From contig CAUYUJ010000226.1 in assembly GCA_963575745.1 (NCBI GenBank), positions 496,001 to 560,000 of the forward strand: 64,000 nt of DNA, given 5' to 3'. A program made the position numbers and the translations under genes. Below the pieces are notes generated by a model. That model saw only the letters and a list, made by a program, of their open reading frames with translations, was not told the origin of the DNA and searched no databases. The DNA is from Prorocentrum cordatum (taxonomy: Eukaryota). Below, piece by piece: positions 60,134 through 64,000 of the stretch (positions are counted from its first letter, which is position 1; every line of letters begins with the position of its first letter).

Positions 60134-62266
60134 GCGCCGCCCGCGCCGCCGCCGTCCTGCGCGCGCTGGGCGCTGGGCGCGCGCGCCCGCGCGTGCGCAC
60201 GCCAGCCACACCCTTGGCGAGAGCACGAGGCCAGGACTTCGTCGAAGTGGGCCCTGGAGATGACAGGGCCGTTTTTGTTGCTGCTTCCGTTTTGCCGTTT
60301 CTGCGGCCTGTTCCGTCGCCGTCTGTTTGCCGGTTCTGTCGCTGTGTTTGCTCCGGTTCCGGTTCCAATCCCGGAGCCGTTTTGTTGTTGTCTCCGGCCG
60401 CCGTTTTTTGCCGCTTCCATTTTCAAGATATTCTTTTTCGAAAACAATGAAACAACGGCCCTGACATTTCCCGGGCTCACTAAGAGCCAGGACGAGGACG
60501 AATCATTCGGGTGAGGATACGTGGGGAATCTCAGAGATCCGGCGGTTCTGGAGGATGTCTCGGGCGCCGCGGCTTCAGAGCGCTCCGGAACGCTCCGAGA
60601 GCGTTCCAGAGCGCTGTGGAACGGATTTGTCCTCGTGCTAGCCCTGTCCGAGGGAGGGGGCGGCGAGGATGAGGAGGATGAGGAGAGGGGGGAGAGACAG
60701 TATGTGGAGGGGGAAGGGGAGGAAGGAGGGGCAGGAGGAGGAGGGGGAGGAGGAGGAGGAGGAGGAGGAGGAGGGGGAGAAGGAGGAGGAGGAGGAGGAG
60801 GAGGAGGAGGAGGAGGAGGAGGAGGAGGGTGAGCAGCAGGTTCTCCTGATGGACACCCCGTCGCATGTTTCTCCCTGGACTGCCCTCCCACACGCCTGGC
60901 CCCGGTGGCCACGCACCTCAAAGATAGGTGCGTGCCAGGGCCGCGGTTGCAGGAGTAGAAGGAAGAGCAGGAGGAGGCAGACGAGGGAGAGGGAGAGGGA
61001 GGGAGGAGGGGACGAGGTGGAGGAGGGGAAGGGAAAAGGAGGATGACAAGGAAGATGAGGTAACGGGGAGGATGATGATGATGATGAGGAGGAGGAGGAG
61101 GAGGAGGAGGAGGAGTTCCAGTGTGAACCGCAGACCCATCAACGATATTGCCATACACCCTCCCTTCAAGTTCCCTCGTCATAGACCCCTACTAGGGTTC
61201 ATTTTCACTGAAGGCAGTGTGCCTCGTTGAGAAACAAACATTTGAGAATCCTGAACTGTGCCAGAATACCATTCCTGGGATTTCAATGCCACGAATCAGC
61301 AACACTTTTGCTTCCTGACAGAGCAACATCGTGCTCGAACGCCATTTCTGGAACGTCAGCCATGCGAAGCCGGGAAACTGTTGTAAACTCTTGAAACCAC
61401 TGTGCTCGGCTCTGAAGCGAGATCCACATGGTGAAAACGACCCGCCCTCCATCCGTGAAATCCTTGCACATGTTCAAAACGAATGTGTGCGGCGCTGAGG
61501 CGAGAGCCACATTTTGAAAACGGCCCGCCCCCCATCTGTGAAAATCCGGCACTCCAAAAGAACGAGTGCGCGCGGGGCTCAGGCGAGAGCCTCATTATGA
61601 AAGCGACCTACCCTCCACCCATGTAATTGCTGCAATTCTAAGCTTCAGGATCATAAGTGGTTGGAAAGACTCAGGAGGGAAAGAAACACACAGACACAAT
61701 TAATCGTCGATTCCCCAGAAAATATGGGAAAATATGGGAAGTGGGGGGGAAGACAGAAACCCAGAAAATATGAGAAAATATGGGGAATCCTTTTATTTGT
61801 GTGTATTTATTTGTGTGTCCTGGGGCCCCTTCAAAGACTGAGACCAAACGCCCGGCCCGCCCTTTCGACCAGCCATGGGGGTGCGACGGGGCGGAGTTCT
61901 TGTGGAGGCCTCCTGGCTGGTGCCGCCGAACTTGAAGGTGGGACATCCCCAGGGACCCCGGGCCGCCGATTTATATGGAAAAGGAGTGGAGTGGAGGAGG
62001 AGGAGGAGGTGGAGGAGGAGGAGGAGGAGGAGGAGGAGAAGATAAGATAAGATAAGATAAGACTCTGGGGCGCCTATCCCTCCCTGCACTGCAATGCAAG
62101 CCCTCGCTCACAACCTCACATGCTGCAAAGATAAAAAGGCGCCTGGGTTCGCCAAGTTGGCGGACTGGAACTGTAGCCACCGCGCTGCCCCACGACCACT
62201 TAAGGAGTGGAGACTGGCCCGATGGCGGACCCGACGGCACGCAGCCTGCGGCTGCCATCATAGGCG

Positions 62267-64000
62267 CTAACCTCGGGCACCTCTGCCTGAAGTTGCGCCT
62301 CGCTCTGAACCTGAACCTCTGCCCCGACGATTTCGAGATCGGGGAGGGAGCTGGATTGCTGGTCCTACCTCTGGGGCTGTGGGAAAGTAGACGGGAGCGG
62401 GGGAGGAAGTCGGGATGGCTTCAAGGCCAGGAGGCGGAGGGAGGGAGGAAGGGGAGAAGATCACGCTAGGAGGTCTACTATCAGTCAAACCTGAAACTCT
62501 CCTGCTAGCATCCTCACTCAAAAGCCCCGCCCTCAGAAGCTGCTGTGCTCGCTCGCTATTGGCCCAGCTGAAGCCTCTAGAACCCCCTACTTGCACTGGT
62601 CTAGCAGACGCTGCGCCTCCCTCACCAGGACCCCTCGCGGGGCCGCCCCCACGGTCTTCTCGCCTCCCTCGGCCTTGAGGCAGTAGCGGATCGCCGAGAG
62701 CAGCTGGTTGCCGCGCTCGCTGGTGTCCAAGAGGAACTGCACCTTTGCCATTTCCTTGTCGTCCTTGCCCTTCGTCTTGAGGCGCTTTGCCTTGCAGAAC
62801 CTCACCACCTCGCTCAGCACAACTGGGTCCTCCGCTGCCATCACCGTCGACACCCAGTACTGCGCCGCCGCCGTCTGCTCCTTGGGCAACTGCCCCGCTG
62901 TCTCCTCGAACGCCGCCCCCTTGATCAATGCTGCAAACGCCCTCAGGTGAGGGGCGTGCATCTTCACCTTCGTGAACTCCTTGCCCTCCTTCTCCGCTGC
63001 CTTCTGAAGCTCGCGCTGCTGCTGGGCCTCCGCGTTGAAGCTCTGGCCCTCCTCGAGCATGAACTGCACCGTACGACTGTCGAGCGGCAGCAGCCACGTG
63101 TCGTACACCGCGCCGATGAGCGCTCTCAACTCCGCCTCGTCGTTGAGCACCAACTTTGCCAAAACAATGACGAGCTCGTCCAGGTTTTGCTTCTTTCCGC
63201 CGCGCTGGACCACCTGACGAGCTTCTTGCGCGCCTCCCCCTGCTGGACCGACGATGCGGCGCACCTTGCCGCTGCCCTCGTCCGTGCTGCGCGCCATCCA
63301 CTTGGGGACCGCCGCCGTCGTGTTCGGCATGGCTGGAAAGGCCGGCTGGACCCGACCACGATGCAGCACGAGCTCGCTGCGCTCGCTGCTGCTGAACACT
63401 GGAACGTGTAGATACAGTATCAAGAACTCGAGGAAGATGACTACGGACATGTTGCTGAAAATCATATGTGTCCGATGCGTGATATTCGCAGAGGGGGCAA
63501 GCCAAGTCAGTAATTTGAGACCGAGCAGCCTGAGACTTTCCACCCCCAGCAATACAGTAACCCCTGTTCATGGAGCCCACGAGGTGCCTGCTAGCCGTGA
63601 TCACCCCCGAGAAGATCCCCCGACAGTTTGGGCACTCGTTAGTGCGGCATAGAACGTGCCCCAATGAACGATAATGATGATGGAATCGTAAGTGGTTTAG
63701 CGCAGACTTCTTATCGGGGAACTTCGCATCGCATCGAACTCGACGACCAATAGTATCGCTAGGATCGCATCTATGTTCATATACACCACAGACCCATTTC
63801 ACAGCACCACCCTGAACGATCTCAGTAGATAACATAGCACTAAGTTGAGGATCATACTCAGGAGGAGGAATCGCCACCGTATGAAGACGTCGTCGTAAGA
63901 GAGAGAAATCAATCTTACAGAACGCTTTTCCAAGCTCCTTATCCCACCAAAGCGCGAGAAACGAGCCCTGCGCACGTTCGAGCAACTCTCGACCGTCCTC
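62267..64000 (-). CDS. C-terminal part of a long ORF with C2H2-like zinc fingers (CDAKF...HLRFHH; CPNC...H; CPLC...HVRSH) and a low-complexity extension
   Basis: Open from near the window edge to 62267; CxxC/HxxxH spacing. Confidence 0.6.
   Translation of the reverse strand, partial: EDGRELLERAQGSFLALWWDKELGKAFCKIDFSLLRRRLHTVAIPPPEYDPQLSAMLSTEIVQGGAVKWVCGVYEHRCDPSDTIGRRVRCDAKFPDKKSALNHLRFHHHYRSLGHVLCRTNECPNCRGIFSGVITASRHLVGSMNRGYCIAGGGKSQAARSQITDLACPLCEYHASDTYDFQQHVRSHLPRVLDTVSTRSSVQQQRAQRARAASWSGPAGLSSHAEHDGGGPQVDGAQHGRGQRQGAPHRRSSRGRRARSSSGGPARRKEAKPGRARHCFGKVGAQRRGGVESAHRRGVRHVAAAARQSYGAVHARGGPELQRGGPAAARASEGSGEGGQGVHEGEDARPSPEGVCSIDQGGGVRGDSGAVAQGADGGGAVLGVDGDGSGGPSCAERGGEVLQGKAPQDEGQGRQGNGKGAVPLGHQRARQPAALGDPLLPQGRGRREDRGGGPARGPGEGGAASARPVQVGGSRGFSWANSERAQQLLRAGLLSEDASRRVSGLTDSRPPSVIFSPSSLPPPPGLEAIPTSSPAPVYFPTAPEVGPAIQLPPRSRNRRGRGSGSERGATSGRGARG
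62587..63330 (-). CDS. 247-aa helical protein of unknown function (MPNTTAAVPKW...GAAPRGVLVREAQRLLDQCK), nested in an alternative frame of the zinc-finger ORF
   Basis: ATG at 63330, very strong GC3 bias in this frame, normal amino-acid composition, no introns. Confidence 0.75.
   Translation of the reverse strand: MPNTTAAVPKWMARSTDEGSGKVRRIVGPAGGGAQEARQVVQRGGKKQNLDELVIVLAKLVLNDEAELRALIGAVYDTWLLPLDSRTVQFMLEEGQSFNAEAQQQRELQKAAEKEGKEFTKVKMHAPHLRAFAALIKGAAFEETAGQLPKEQTAAAQYWVSTVMAAEDPVVLSEVVRFCKAKRLKTKGKDDKEMAKVQFLLDTSERGNQLLSAIRYCLKAEGGEKTVGAAPRGVLVREAQRLLDQCK

Larger units (their letters stand above)
62039..64000 (-). mobile_element. 3' part of a probable second non-LTR retrotransposon, running off the window; (TCTTA)n tail
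   Basis: Long intronless ORF with Zn-finger-like motifs, 3' stem-loop, (GATAA)4 on + strand abutting (GGA)n; the RT domain is not within the window. Confidence 0.6.

Overview
Eukaryotic, GC-rich, repeat-saturated DNA. The non-canonical GC/GA splice donors, AG|G junctions, tiny exons in multi-kb introns and the style of the LINEs point to a dinoflagellate (inference). Almost all ORFs in the track are artefacts of (GGA)n/(CCT)n/(GAT)n/(TATG)n/(CA)n microsatellites. What is supportable: (1) a + strand host gene reconstructed by eye from about 11 micro-exons (36-87 nt) between ~9.4 and ~60.1 kb. Their phases chain into one open, partly coiled-coil-like peptide, although the middle exons are frame-ambiguous. 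(2) A near-complete non-LTR retrotransposon (~35.8-42.2 kb, +) with APE endonuclease, RT, CCHC knuckle, RNase H and Cys/His C-terminal motifs, one in-frame TAG, and a 76-bp direct repeat near both ends of the ORF. (3) The 3' end of a probable second non-LTR element at the right edge (-), with C2H2-like fingers, a fully nested second ORF downstream of the fingers, a terminal stem-loop and a (TCTTA)n tail. (4) Several MITE families with TIRs and TA, 5-bp or 8-bp target duplications. One ~165-bp family (4 copies, all + strand, all at G^TA) has an inbuilt CAG|G acceptor and would splice out with a net +3 nt, restoring the LINE reading frame, so it looks like an introner. (5) Helically phased 10-11-bp satellites, 42-bp and 83-305-bp tandem arrays, and a few decayed coding relics, one with a WW motif. 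No rRNA, tRNA or CRISPR array is supported.
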